A DNA stretch of 64,000 nucleotides from Vezdaea acicularis (lineage: Eukaryota), in assembly GCA_026025075.1 (NCBI GenBank), contig JAPEUI010000020.1, forward strand, positions 1 through 64,000, in the 5' to 3' direction. Both the position numbers and the translations under genes were made by a program. Every line of letters begins with the position of its first letter. Position 1 is the stretch's first letter. A model generated the notes under the pieces. It did no database searches, was not told the DNA's origin, and worked only from the letters and a program-made list of their open reading frames with translations. Below are positions 12,063 to 24,733 of this stretch, piece after piece.

Positions 12063-14208
12063 ATGGCTGAAGACGGGAACATGCCCAGAATCAGCAAGAC
12101 CGACAAATGCTCCTACGTCACGTTTGTAGTCCTCGAAATCTCCTCCAATACTCTTACTAAATTTTGCCAGCTATGAGCTTCCATACCGGATTCATACCTC
12201 GAGGATTTATCCAATTCTAGCCCCAAACGGCTCTAGCATCGTTATTCATGGACATGAGCGTGGAATACGCGTATTATGGAGAGGTGGGAAAGCTTTTAAA
12301 CACAATACTGAGCCAGTGAAAAAGCCAGCACCGCCCAAGGCAAATGGAGGAGGGGACGACTCGATTATGATCATCGATTCAGACGACGAGCCTCCCCCAG
12401 CAAGACATAAGATACCTTATAAAGAAGATGCAAAGTTTGAAGAGGAAGAGATACCGTTTGACCCAACGGAGCCTCGATCGTTCATCACGCAGGATCTCGA
12501 CCTAACATTAGGTACTGAAGTCTTGCAATTAGCCTTCCCGCAAGTTCCTGCCGATTACTCTTACCACAAAGCGATGTCGCTACCGTCAATATTGTCCAAC
12601 ATAATTGTTATTGCGGCGGCCTGTGCAGACAACAATATCCGGGTTATTACACTTCCCTTGAAACCGCCTTCACCAGCAAGCAAGTCCCGAGAAGAGCTTA
12701 GAAGCGATCTCACATCTGCCTATCCTGGAAATGGCTATTGGGGAGAGACAATGGTCACAATTGGAGGAGATCATTGTCATCAAACCATACCAGACGGCAT
12801 CACCATTACCTTTTCGCCACGGCGTGATGGTTCGAATGAGGAAACTCATACGGAGATTGCGGTACCGAACCCTCACAACACAAGGTCACGTAGTCCGGCG
12901 AAGCATGACCTTTCTAAAGATAGCCTCCAGAAGGAACAGCATTGGGATCTCTTACTTGCATCTCACTCTGCTGAGTTGTCCGGATTGCTGCTAGTCTTCC
13001 GTATACCGCTTGTGAAGCGCTCCAAAGACCCGAAAGTCGGACTTGACATATCTACAGCTCCTGTACAGCCGATGCAAAGGCAGCACTTGCCATCACCAGC
13101 TACATGCATTTCATTCAATACATCACCATACCCGGCAGCTCGTCATTCGCACATCCTCGTGGCAGAGCGGACTGGTGTCACACGAATATACAACTGTTTG
13201 TCGTCAACACGCACACGACCACCATCGAGGGGCTCCGAATACGGTTCTACTAGCTCTGAACAAGGGTCTTGGCTCATATCGCTCTATCCGAGTTTCATCA
13301 GCCCTTCACCCTCGACTTCTGTTGCTCACCGAAAACCAATCATAGGCGCTTCCTGGGTGCTTGCTGGCAAAGCCATCATCATATTACTCGGCGATGGCGA
13401 ATGGGGAATCTGGGATATCGAAGGCGCAGGTCCGACAGCAAAAGGAAACGTATTACTTCGTGGTGATGAAGGAACTAGTGGTGTTCGCGGTGGTGCTAAG
13501 ACCGTATGGAGCATCAGTGGCTTAGTGGAGACATCAACCATAACTAGAGGGCATTCACGGAGCTCTAGCGATAGTAAGCGTGACTCGACGTCAAGCTTTG
13601 CTCCAATGACGCCGCACTCTAGGAAAGTCAGACAAGAAACACTTTTCAGTCATGGAGATAGCATCGGTGGCCCAAGCTTTACCAGCGGCGGAATATCTGT
13701 AAGAGGTATTTCTAAAGCAAGGGAGGACGACTTCGGTGACGACACGATTGTCATGTGGCGTGAGGATACAGTAGTCGTCATGCAGAGCCTAATAACTTAC
13801 TGGAAAGCTCACTTGCGAAATGAAATAGGCGGATCCGGAAGTCTCTTTGGCGTCGATACCTCCCGACGGCTGGTCAAAGTTGAAGGTCTCAATTTATGTG
13901 GGGACAATATCACTAACGTCGATATCTTCCCAATTGTAGCTAAAGCCGGCGTTACCGCACCTCCGGATCTTGTTGTTGCTGGGCAGTACCGGTTCGTCTG
14001 TCTAGTCCAAAATAATTCAGCGGTGCCACTAGCCCGGCGCGCATCGAAAGAAGCAGAAGCAAGTGAGCATACCGAAGAACGGCAACTCATGGCCACAGGC
14101 AACCTCGATGTCTCTGCTATCGACCGCGCGCTGTTTGACATGGAGAACAACCAAGGACAAAGTAACGGCGCTGTCACCAAGCGCAAAAGCGTCATGTTTC
14201 AAGAGTAG
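12063..14208 (+). CDS. NUP37: WD40-like beta-propeller protein, probable nucleoporin Nup37
   Basis: Exon 1 from ATG 12063, intron ~12122..12170, then YELPYRIHTSRIYPILAPNGSSIVIHGHERGIRVLWRGG. LLGDGEWGIWDI blade motif. Resemblance to filamentous-fungal Nup37 is recalled, not searched. Confidence 0.6.
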
Positions 14209-14627
14209 CATACATCTTTATGCATTTGCATGGAGTTTATGGTCCAAACCTGATTGTGGTTTGATTAACCCATAACTCAATTTCAGTCTGATAGTCTTGT
14301 CTGCGTTCGTAGTTCGTGAAACTCCCTCTCCGCTTCCTGTTTAGTGTATTTCACGTACAGCCAGATCGTCTCTACATTGTGCACCACCCGCAAGGCAAGG
14401 TGGAGCACAAGGCGAGTTCCTTCCTTGCAGCTCTGTATTCCATGCGATACATCAAATGCAGCCGCTGCTGCCTACTCCTTCACTCTGCAACGCAATGTGT
14501 ACGGATGGTAGAGCAGGAGGTGTGCTAGCCCGTAGCATGTCTAATATCACTCCGCCACGTCTCACATAACCTATGGCGTGGCAGATTGAGACTACTACTA
14601 CAGTAAAGAAGCGCTCTTGCACAAGCT

Positions 14628-16406
14628 CTATCGAGGAGGGAGTCGTAGGTCCACCACTCCAAAATTCAACCCATCTGCTTCGAAAACGTGACCTGGCCTG
14701 AGGGCGTCTGTGTAAACATTGCCATCCGCATGCGGATGAAACAAGCCAGTCTGCTTGCAATTAAGGACAGACTTCATGCCCGGTGGATCAGTCAAACGGA
14801 AAACTCCCCAGCTACACAAGCTCAAGTCAGCAGCCTACTAACTATCATTGTCACCGTGAACCTTTACTCACGAGGGATCTTTGCTCGGGGCACAAACTAT
14901 AGCAATGCTCTCAGGCATCATAACCTGATATCCTGCATGGGTATGCAAATCTAGTGAGCTCATAAAGCATGTCTGGCTTGGATGGGTATGTATCCATCCC
15001 AGGACCATAAGATCCTCCTTGTCACAGTAGTCAAACAGGGCCCCATCATTAGTCGTTTCGCACGTGTCGCTTGTTGCGGTCTGCTCTGGTATAACGAGTT
15101 TTGAGATGAAGAGCGCGTTTGATATCAGGGTCCCACAGAGAATACCACAGGTCTCCAAATTGGCCCGAGTGTTACCAAGAGCATAACTGAGGAAAGTCGT
15201 CCGAAGAGAGGGTGGGAGGAAGATAGTACGAAGAGGTGTGCCGTTTTCTAAGTATGCCGCAGGTTTGAAGGTAAATGCAGATGATTCCGGCCCAGTCGGT
15301 GGGCTCGATGTAGACGAGCGTGAGATAGTATCTAATGACAGCGGTTCCTTTTCAGGCCGGGGAGGAAAGGCCGATGCGTCTTCCTGTCGAATGTATAGCG
15401 GCTTTGGCGGAGGCTGATCATTGCTATATTGTTGAAAAGGCTTGTTCCAATAGTTCGTGATTGATGAATCGTATCGGTTGATCTTCCGTGGAACCTCAGG
15501 TGCTGGGTGTAATGGCTCAGTCACATCAGAGGCCCGTTCATATGATTCCTCGTGATACGGCTGACGTTGAGACTTCCGCGGTACGGCTGGATATCGATAC
15601 TGAGTACTCTCATTTGCCCTAAGGCTACTAACTCCATCAATATTCCTGGCCTCTCGGTCATCGATCTGGTATTTCTTATCCATCTGCTGCCGTGTAGCTT
15701 CCATACGCCTCATCACTTCTTCGTCATCTCGTGACTGATACCCACCCTGTACCGATAATTTAGAGAACTCATCTTGGAGCGAAGGACCCCGAATCCTTCG
15801 TCTCCGCCTCTGCTCTTTCTGTGCCAGCTCTACTGCAAGTTTCCGGTTCTCTCCTGCAGTAATTGCCCTCACTCCTTCACGAGTCGTATCCAAGCTATGC
15901 CTTGGAGAGCCTTCTCCTAGCCCCAACTCCCCAATACTAGTTCGACTTCTTTCAGCTAGTGCTTCCCTCCTTCTAGTATCACGATCTTGGATGGCCCTCT
16001 GGTACAAGTCGTAACGTCGAGCAACTCGGGGCTTCAAATATTCACATCTAGACAAAGGATCCTCCACATTTCTCTCCAGAGCACGCACTATTGCTCGATA
16101 TTCGGGCATGTTGGCTTCAGGGTGCGTCGGAAGGTAATTGAGGACTAAGAAGGCATGACGGTAGTATAGAAAGAAGGCCTGCTGGTCATCGCCTTCACTC
16201 TCGTATATACGAGCCTAATCTTCAGCGTTAACACATGTGCACCATTTGCTTTCTAGAGCATCCCTCACTTCTTGAAGTAAACTTGATGCAGCTCGTATCC
16301 AAAGTCTTAGTCTTGTAGAAGCATGGAAATCAAGATCTTCTGCCCTATCCATGACCTCCTGTACCGACAGGGGCCTGGAGACAGACTGCGGGGCAAAGCT
16401 ACTCAT
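14628..16406 (-). CDS. AMSH/STAMBP-like JAMM (MPN+) deubiquitinase
   Basis: ETCGILCG and JAMM motif GWIHTHPSQTCFMSSLDLHTH. Last exon WGVFRLTDPPG...FHPH. N-terminal USP8-dimer/MIT-like exons. Introns at ~16215-16268 and ~14812-14870. Confidence 0.92.
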
Positions 16407-16905
16407 GATTGAGGCAGGTTTGTGATGTTGATCCACCGTAACGTGCGGAGCTTTTGCAAATGTCCACAGGGCTGGATAAGCAGATAACTCTAAGGCATAT
16501 CTGCGTCGCTCACTGGAAAGAGATATTCTTGTGAGCTTGTGTCCAAGAGGTGAAGCTGCCGGATTAGGTAGAAACCTCGTCTCGCAGCTTACTACTGTAG
16601 CGACAATTGAAGATGCATAAAACTACGATTGTGCTGCTCGAATTACGTACGTCCGGGGTTAGTAGTTTCATGTTGAAATGCTTCTAATGGGTCAATCTAT
16701 TGGGAGCGTGCACAGAAAACGTAGCAGGTGTCCTATTGAATGGTCCGCCAAGGTCGACCAAAGTTCTTACATGGCGTTCTTTTAGCTTACGTTCTTTAAG
16801 TACGAGCATCCTACCAAAAACAGCCACAGTCACTCATTTCAAGGAGCCTCGGATTTCCTGCACTAACAAAGTCTTCTACACACCTGGTTTGCATGATTGT
16901 GTTAG

Positions 16906-19002
16906 ATGTTGAGGAAAGGTCCGGGCCGTCCTCGCAAAGTCGTCCATGAGTTAATCTCGAAACAACGTCCTTTAAAAGATACCTTCAACAAGCTACATAA
17001 AGAACCGAAGGCTGTTCGAAACGCGCAGGCCAACTCTGCATATCCCACCGGTCATTTAGCAGCAATTCAGAATACTCCAGCCTCGAACGGCAAGAAAGCC
17101 AAACATGGGGATGCGCAGCAAACCTTCCTCGTCAATCAGCTGGCTTTGCAGTATGGGAAGCTTGGAGTGCGGACAAAGAATGAGCTTAGAAATTCTGGCG
17201 CATTTAGAGTGCAAGTTGTAGACCGTGGACTTTGTGGTAAGCTTTCAGTTGCCTTTCCAAGGGGTTTTCTCTCATCAGTCCACTTTATTTCTCTACGTGA
17301 TTTTAATATATTTTACTTCAAGATGATATCCTTCAACAACTTGAGCAATCCTTACGCTGCCACAGAGGCTGCGACATCATCGACATCAATCCTGGGGCAA
17401 GCATTTGGTCCTCCCTAGTTCACGATGCCGTCAAGCCTCGCTCTCACATATTTCTGGAACCAGAGTTTGCAACTTACATGCCTTTCATCAAGCCGTTGTT
17501 AGAAAAGCCAGGTTCCAAATACAAGCATGTTCCATGGTCGGGGGTACAGGAGGAAACATACGATAGGATAGTTTCTGAGGGCGTACTTCCCCAGCAAAAG
17601 CTTCTACAACCTAGCGACCCTACCATCAATGAGCTGAACGAGTCGCTCCTTGTACTTGCTCAGTTCACAAGAGCTCATGCGAGTTCAGGTCTTCAGCCCA
17701 AAGCCACGAGAGAAAACGATAAATATGCCTTGCATAACGTCGTTTCCTGCATAACTCGACATCCAATAATACAGCGGTACGGGCTTGTGCGTTTCTTGGT
17801 TTGGACAGGTTCAACAGACATCGAAGGCATATTGCCTAAAAGCATATACAAGCGAAGTCGCCAATCTGTTGAGGCAGAGATGGGTTGTGCAAGTATCACG
17901 GAAGTTGCTGGGGGCATCCATAATCCCTTCCGACAAAGGCATCCACACATTGCCATAGAAAGTGCAAAGCAAGTGGCCTTTCGCGAGAAAGAAGGGAATA
18001 TCAGGATGCCAGATGATCGTAAACTAAAGTCACCAGCAGACATAGATCCATCTGTAGTCCAAGGTCCTTGGATCCCCCCAGCATTGAGTGAATATCAGCG
18101 TTTGGAGAGCGCTTATAAGAGCGGAGAATTCGTGAGAGAAGTATCCAAGGAAACCAGAGACCGAAACCGAAGTAATGGTTCGCCAGGGCCCAGGGTCACG
18201 CCGGAGTTCACGCGACTGCGCAGTCTCCGCTCCTATAAAGATAGATGGGATAGGGAACAAGAGCTACTAAGAGCACTTAGAGTAGACGACGACGCTTTAT
18301 CAATCCTCGAAATAGAGATTTCCAACATAGAAGATGATACCTCAAGCTCTTGGATTAATCTGAAAGCAAGAATCGAAGAGAGGAGATCTAATATTCTAGA
18401 GCGGGTTTCGAACTTGAAAATAAACCTCAGAAATAAGTTCTTTCTGGATTCGGATGATCAGCGTGCTTTGAGGCAGCACCCTCCACTCATGATGTGGGAT
18501 CGGAGGCCATTTGAACCAATAATTGTTAGGGATCATGAGTTCTACCCTCCTGTAAGTAGGCATGTGCACAGTCAATTTGCTACTTGGATGTACTAACGCC
18601 CCTGCACAGAAAGGCTTGAGACTGTTGGATATCCAGCCTAAAGCGCTTACTTCGGACATTGAAACATCGGCAGAGGCTCGCCAAATCTTAAGGTACATCA
18701 TAAGCCTTATCTTCATTCAGAAAAGTGAAAACGTCTCAGAGGCTCTTGAAAGGATTGCTCCCGGCGCATCTTCTCTCATTCGAGAAGTGCCTGAGATGAG
18801 CGATCCTCTACGTGGGGGAAGATTTAATATTGAGGATTTGAAAGTGCGCTCTTTAAGCCCAGCGATGCTTGAAGGCATTGTCAGAGCGTGGCAACGATGG
18901 CCGCTACGGCCGAGCGAGTCAGAGCTGTCAGCTAAGACACAGAAATCAGGTGGCTTTGTCGCTGAAGACAAATTAGACGACCGAAAGGAAAGGCTCAGAT
19001 GA
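16906..19002 (+). CDS. MTF1: Mitochondrial transcription factor Mtf1-like / rRNA adenine dimethylase-fold protein
   Basis: Spliced RVQVVDRGLC|DDIL...GCDIIDINPGASIWS..H...KPRSHIFLEP. YGLVRFLVW, WDRRPFEP, LLDIQP and AWQRWP motifs. Introns ~17237-17321 and ~18552-18609. 5' end uncertain. Confidence 0.75.
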
Positions 19003-20254
19003 CGTATCTGGTTGAAGACCAAGAGCTACCCTACATCTCTCAGCGCACACAGAGTTGATTGTATTAAATACCATGCTCTTAGACAACACTAAAGTTTAAG
19101 CCCCCGACACCACGAACCATAGGAAATCCGCCTCCTACTCCGTCACAGCATGAATAGGCTAGTGGTCAACGCTACATCAATCAAGTGTGAAGTCATCGTG
19201 GACCTCGTCTGATCAGAACAGAAGTGGCCCTTCCTCAGCTAAAGCAACAAAGGCATCGGCCTCTTCGCGTCAAAGTTCTTCCTCAATTAGTCCCTTTCCG
19301 TTTCCTTGGCACAGGATCAGCCGCTAGTCTTTCGCGCGAAGAACAGGGGTGCCATGATCCCTAGACGGTCCCACGTGGTGGCACAAGGATTCTAGCGCGC
19401 CTCATAATCTACGCAATGCCCCTTCTGACCTTCTGAAAAGGCCCGTCTACGTCTCAGAGCCAGAGGAAAAGCGAGTGATGAGAAGGGCATTTCTTTTTGT
19501 AGACAAGATCGACATTTTGAATCTGGTACATGCTCGAGCGAATCGATAGATCAACTACCACTACTCCTGGAGAGCGTGTGATTTCGCACCATCTTACAAC
19601 CTTATTTTTCCTGCGGTGTTCCGTACCTTGAAAAGAAGCGCCTGAGCCATAGGGACAGCAATAGCATGCGGCATCGCGCTGCTTATTGTTGGTCCTAGTT
19701 GGTGATCATTCTTTCGTTGAGAATGACCGGGAAACGCGAGATTTGATAGTCGGGTTGCGAGTTTAGACCCTGAACGCCTTCCCCGACTTCCCTCGCGAAT
19801 ATGCGCCTTATACGCCACAAGTATGTACCGAGACGCAAGAATTTCACTTCTGCCTTCGCACGGACATGATGGTGGTCGACAGTTTCCACTCTGCTCAATA
19901 TTCGCGCAAGCGTTGGGGAGGACCTCACTTCTTCGGCATTCTATTCACAAGGATCGGACGCCAGCTAGTGGCTATCGTCCAGTAGGATTCAGTTGACCCT
20001 GACAGGTGCTAATGACCTCACGAGTCAACCATCGAGAATTGGGTTGTGTCGAGAATGAAATCTCTCACGGCGAAGGGCTCGAGCTTCTCGCCTCATACAG
20101 CCGCCTTGTCACTCGCGAGCCCTTCCTTAAAGACTTCTGCGACGCCTGGGATCCCTTCCTCACCAGAACTTTGTGTCCATACATTCGTTTCGAGCTCATC
20201 GACACTCGGAAGTACAGTTTCTGTCAAATTGATCCGTCGTTTACACACCTCATA

Positions 20255-20992
20255 ATGCGTCTTACTCTCTTCTTCTACAGCCTGGCATGCGCCTCCTTGG
20301 CTTCTTCTGCAGCAATCCAACCCATACGCCGCAACTCGGCACCTCTCGCTACCAACCTCCCTCTCCGTCCCCGTGATGGCGCGACGGGCGCAGCAGGTGC
20401 TATTGGCGCCGGCGGCATCGGCGCCGGATATGGCTCTATACCGTTCTACACACCCCCAACCGATCAAGGAGTCGTGCCTGGCGGCTCCAGCAGCGGGTCG
20501 GGCGTACCCAGCAACACGAACACGAACACGACATCAAACACCACCACAACCTCAAGCACGGCGAGTGCGACGCCTCTCCCCGAAGCGTCGATGCACCCCG
20601 GGACGCCGCATCCAATCATGCCGAAGGGCTACTCCAATGGTGAGAGCTCTGTTCTTCACGACCCGATGCAGACCGAGCATACTCAGCAGCCATCATGGGT
20701 CCACATCAATACTCGTGACTTGCAGCATGCTGAGACGAAAATCATAGGTGTTGCTGTCAAAGCTCGACGCGAGCTCGCTGCCCTCGAGAAGCGCACGGAT
20801 GAGAAGTTCGCCTACAGCTATGGCCCATATCAACAGCCTGCTGCCAAACGTGACGGCCTGAAAGGGGCAGATGGCGCAAGGGGAGCCAACGGCGCAGGAT
20901 ACGAAGCTCCTGGCATAGCGACGCCCCCAGCGCCAACAGGGGAGACGGTCCCCCTGGGTAACGGCTTCTACGTCGAGACATGGAAGGCCTGA
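20255..20992 (+). CDS. Secreted orphan precursor with dibasic sites and two Gly-rich repeat units
   Basis: ATG 20255 (CATAATG), signal peptide MRLTLFFYSLACASLASSA. RR/PR/KR sites. Repeated DG..GA.GA.GA..GAGY units. Confidence 0.7.
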   Translation: MRLTLFFYSLACASLASSAAIQPIRRNSAPLATNLPLRPRDGATGAAGAIGAGGIGAGYGSIPFYTPPTDQGVVPGGSSSGSGVPSNTNTNTTSNTTTTSSTASATPLPEASMHPGTPHPIMPKGYSNGESSVLHDPMQTEHTQQPSWVHINTRDLQHAETKIIGVAVKARRELAALEKRTDEKFAYSYGPYQQPAAKRDGLKGADGARGANGAGYEAPGIATPPAPTGETVPLGNGFYVETWKA

Positions 20993-21368
20993 CGTGTTAG
21001 CGCAGTCCTATTCCTCGAGTTTTTGTCTGAAATGCGAAGAAACGGTCCTTGAATGATATCTAGATGATTGCATCAAAATTGGGGTTGGGTCGGAACATTA
21101 TAGACTTGGTATCCTTTGCAGCCCGCAACTTATCTTTTCTTCCCTCGTTTTTACTATCATTTTCTCTCTCACGGCGAGCGCTATAGCGCTGAATAACGAT
21201 ATCAGGGTGGCATCATCTTAATACTAGCATACACGAACAACTCATATGGAATAATTAATCACGAGACAATTCCACCTCGCAATGCCGCCTAGACGAGCCG
21301 ATGTGCATCCTCAACCCCACCATCCCATCACCTTCCCTCCCTCCCTTTCCATCGCCACATGCCCCAGC

Positions 21369-21917
21369 TCATATCCCATCTGCCGTCGGACAAGGCGGCT
21401 GTCCCTTCCCGCCCTTACCCTTGCCGCAAATATGATTCACCGGCTCTTCATAATCGTCCGGCCCCCAGCGGGTCCACGGGATATCCTCCGGTTGCGGGCC
21501 ATGCGTGTCGAAGTCGTAGCTCAGCGTCAAGCCCGCGAGGCTCACGAGGCAGGGCCAGTCGATCCCGTTGATTAGCCGGTCGTGCAGGTGTTTGTACCGA
21601 AGGCTGGGTCCTTTGGGAGGCATGCAGTTCTGGTTTCGTTTCTTGAACCAGCTGCGGCGCGTTTGGGGGAGGGCGTTGGTTGGACTGGGCTTGTTGGTGG
21701 TTGGGGTGCTGCGGGGGGTGGTAAGTTCGATAGGGCCGGTGGTGGGCTCGGTGTTGGGGACGATGGGGCTCGCGTTGAAGTTGAGGCGGGTCTTGGGGTT
21801 GTTGGCGGCGGAGAAGGGGAGTTCGCCGACGTTGCCGATGGAGCCCATTGGGGTGCAGAGGGCGGGAATGGTGAGGGAGAGTGTGACGCCAAGGAGGGCG
21901 AGGCGTGTAACGCGCAT
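21369..21917 (-). CDS. Small secreted protein (182 aa): Pro/Thr pro-region, KKR site, Cys-containing C-terminal domain
   Basis: CACCACGATG start context, signal peptide MRVTRLALLGVTLSLTIPALC, WFKKR|NQNC, 4 Cys after the site. Confidence 0.7.
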   Translation of the reverse strand: MRVTRLALLGVTLSLTIPALCTPMGSIGNVGELPFSAANNPKTRLNFNASPIVPNTEPTTGPIELTTPRSTPTTNKPSPTNALPQTRRSWFKKRNQNCMPPKGPSLRYKHLHDRLINGIDWPCLVSLAGLTLSYDFDTHGPQPEDIPWTRWGPDDYEEPVNHICGKGKGGKGQPPCPTADGI

Positions 21918-22313
21918 CGTGGTGGTTTATTAGGTGGTGAGGTCTGTGCAGGGGTCGTATAGTGGCTAGTTATTTAGGGGGTGGCCGAAGTAGAATGTAT
22001 TTATTGCCTAAGGAGAAGCAAGCAAGGCCTTAGGGAAAATAAGAAGGAAGTAGGAGAACGGGAGGATGGGTGTCATTTATCAAGTGCAGTGGAGGGTCCA
22101 TTTTAATCTGGACTGAGTGGGGTAAAGTGGAGAACCAACTGCCTAAGAAAAGTCAGGAAGAGCAGGACACTGTGGAGTACAACTCATATTTGACATAAGC
22201 GGCGGGTCCTCGACGAAAAGGTATCTCGACATTGCTTCCGATTCTGGTGATACATGTCTATGATGCAAAGGCGCTGCAGATCCACGATATAACAGTCATT
22301 TTCATCACTCCTA

Positions 22314-24280
22314 CTACCTCCTTGGCATGCCCCGTCCTCTTCCCCTTCCCATCCCCAGAGCGCGCTGTGCCGCACCAGGGGGAAGTGCCCTCTGTGGTTG
22401 TGCGCCTGGTTGCTGCGATTCTTCGTTCTCTGTAGTTATTTGTCAGTATAATGATCCTCAGCCCAACTCGGAAGAAGTGGGTGATAGACACGTACTTATC
22501 GTCTCATCCACACTTAATATCAAGCAACTCGCCTCCACCGCCGCCTGAATGGCATTGATCTTGACTAAACTAGGCTCCCATACGAAGGCCTTCAAATTAT
22601 CCCTAACTCCTTCTTTGTCAAAGTCAACGCCCGCCCAGATGTTCCCACGACGATGCTCCACCCTTAGCTTGTTTAGGATATCCGTCGCATCGAACCCTGC
22701 ATTATCACAAAGTTGTCTCGGAATGATTTCCAAAGCCTTTGCAAAGCTCTTGATAATGCTCTGCTGCTTGTCCCTGACGTGAGTGTCCGCGTACGCGTGC
22801 AAGAACGCCGATATCTCCATCTCGCACGCTCCGCCCCCAGCAACAACGTTATTGTTCTTGATAGACCGCTTGACGATCATTATGGCATCATGGAGGGATC
22901 GTTCCACCTCAGCAATGAACTGCTCGGCGCCACCACGGAGGACGAGCGTGCATGTCTTAGCGGCCGGACAGCCTTCAAAGAAATTGAAACGCTCCCCACC
23001 GATTTGCCTCTCTTCGAACTTTTCGCATGTACCTAAGTGCTGCGGTTGAATGTCGGAGCAGGTGGACTGTATGGACCCGCCAGTGGCTTGAATGACCCGC
23101 TCTAGGTCGTCGGAGGTTACACGGCCAGCGCAGAAAACATCACGGTCGGCGAAGTACCTATCGCTTGTTAGATACTTTTGATAAAGGAGGGGAAAAACCG
23201 AACAACATACTGGGTAGCTAGATCTCCAATTGGTAGCTTGCTTAAAACGACCTTCGCGCCGGTCTTGTGCAGAGCTTCCATCTTGTTATAAATAATCTGC
23301 CATTCTGCGTCCACAATAGCCTGATATTCCGAGACCTGCTCCACCCGGACTTCCGCATTATCCTTCTCGCTCTTGAGCTCCAATTCAACGTTTAGGCAAA
23401 CAATTTTAGGGTCTTTGAATGACTTTGGCTGTTGCTCAAACCCTGCATATGAGAAGGTCTTCTTAAAAGCTACACCATCTACGAATAGAGAGTCCTGTAG
23501 AGCACCTCCTTGAATCTTCTTAACGCCAATAAGCTTCTCATTGAGATCATCCTGGTCTAGGGAGAGAACAGCATCGACGACCACTGTGAAATGTTAGCTC
23601 AAGGCACTTTAGTCGCTAGATTTGGAGAGTACGAACTTTTCGTGAAGAACTCCGAGTTACGCTTGATCAGCTTGCTGCTCATCGCAGTAGCTGCGAGCTT
23701 CCCAAGTATTTCCCGCTTGTCACCCTCTCGCATGTCCACGGCAATATCCATAATCTTGTTGACCGCCATGTGCGAAGCTCTCCGGAGACCCTTAATTATT
23801 GTTTGAGAGCTGACGCCTTGCTCTACATGATCCTTAATCTCCTTCAATATCTCTCCAGCTAGTACTACCACGGAGGTAGTCCCATCGCCAACTTCCGCGT
23901 CTTGCGAGCGTGCGATATCTGTTAGGATGCGGGCTGCGGGGTGCACGATGTCTAGCAGCTGTGAACCATATTAGCCTTCTGAAAGAGTGAACCTAGGAAA
24001 AATTACAACATATACCTTCATGACCGTCGCGCCATCATTCGTGATTGTTTGCTTGCCATTGCCGTCAACTAACAGTAAATCCCCACCATATGGTCCTAAA
24101 GTGCTCCTGATGGTGGATTGAACCGCCAAACACGCGTCAATGTTCGATATTATCTGACCTTTCCCCTGCGAGGAATCGGTACCTGTAATGCGCAGTCAGA
24201 GCGTGCCTTTTTGGGGCCTGTAAGTGCTACATACCCTCTTTTAGCACGATAATCGTAGGGGTCTGGCCTCCAAATGACAT
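22314..24280 (-). CDS. CCT7: T-complex protein 1 subunit eta (CCT chaperonin)
   Basis: [54 protein letters not shown]-terminal [11 protein letters not shown]. Multiple introns. Confidence 0.96.
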
Positions 24281-24733
24281 TGCTGGCAGATTTTTGGCAA
24301 ATCAAGCAAGATAATTCGAGCTTGTGAAATTTGAAAAGCGAGAATATTATCAATATTCTGTGACTATGCTTCGATTATTGTAGGTTGCCGTTGCGCCAAA
24401 GTTTCCAAAGCTCCGCTTTGGAAGTTTATAGCTTTTCGAGCTTGTGCCTAATATTTTTTTGGGCGGCAGCCGAGTAGCACCAACTTGGCACTCCGAAGGG
24501 CAGCTTTACGATGTAACTGCAGAATGCTATACGCACATCCAGATTTACACTGTTCCTCATGTTTTAAGAAATTGCACTCATTATCTATGGCCCACGTATA
24601 ACGGTGTAGTGTTCAAGACGCTTCTTCTCCGAATATATCATGCTAAGACCAGATCTCGTTCATTCAGAAGACTCCACCAGCCCAAGACCTATTCGTACAT
24701 AATGAAACCTCAACGTGACCCACGCATAAAGCA

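Noticed and set aside
19003..20250. Possible box C/D snoRNA (GTGATGA near 19476) in a 1.2-kb intergenic gap
   Set aside because: No suitably placed box D with terminal stem or rRNA guide could be identified; needs an Infernal/snoscan search.
20006..20254. N-terminal 83 aa of the 328-aa ORF
   Set aside because: Non-ATG start, reads like UTR; the signal peptide begins at 20255.
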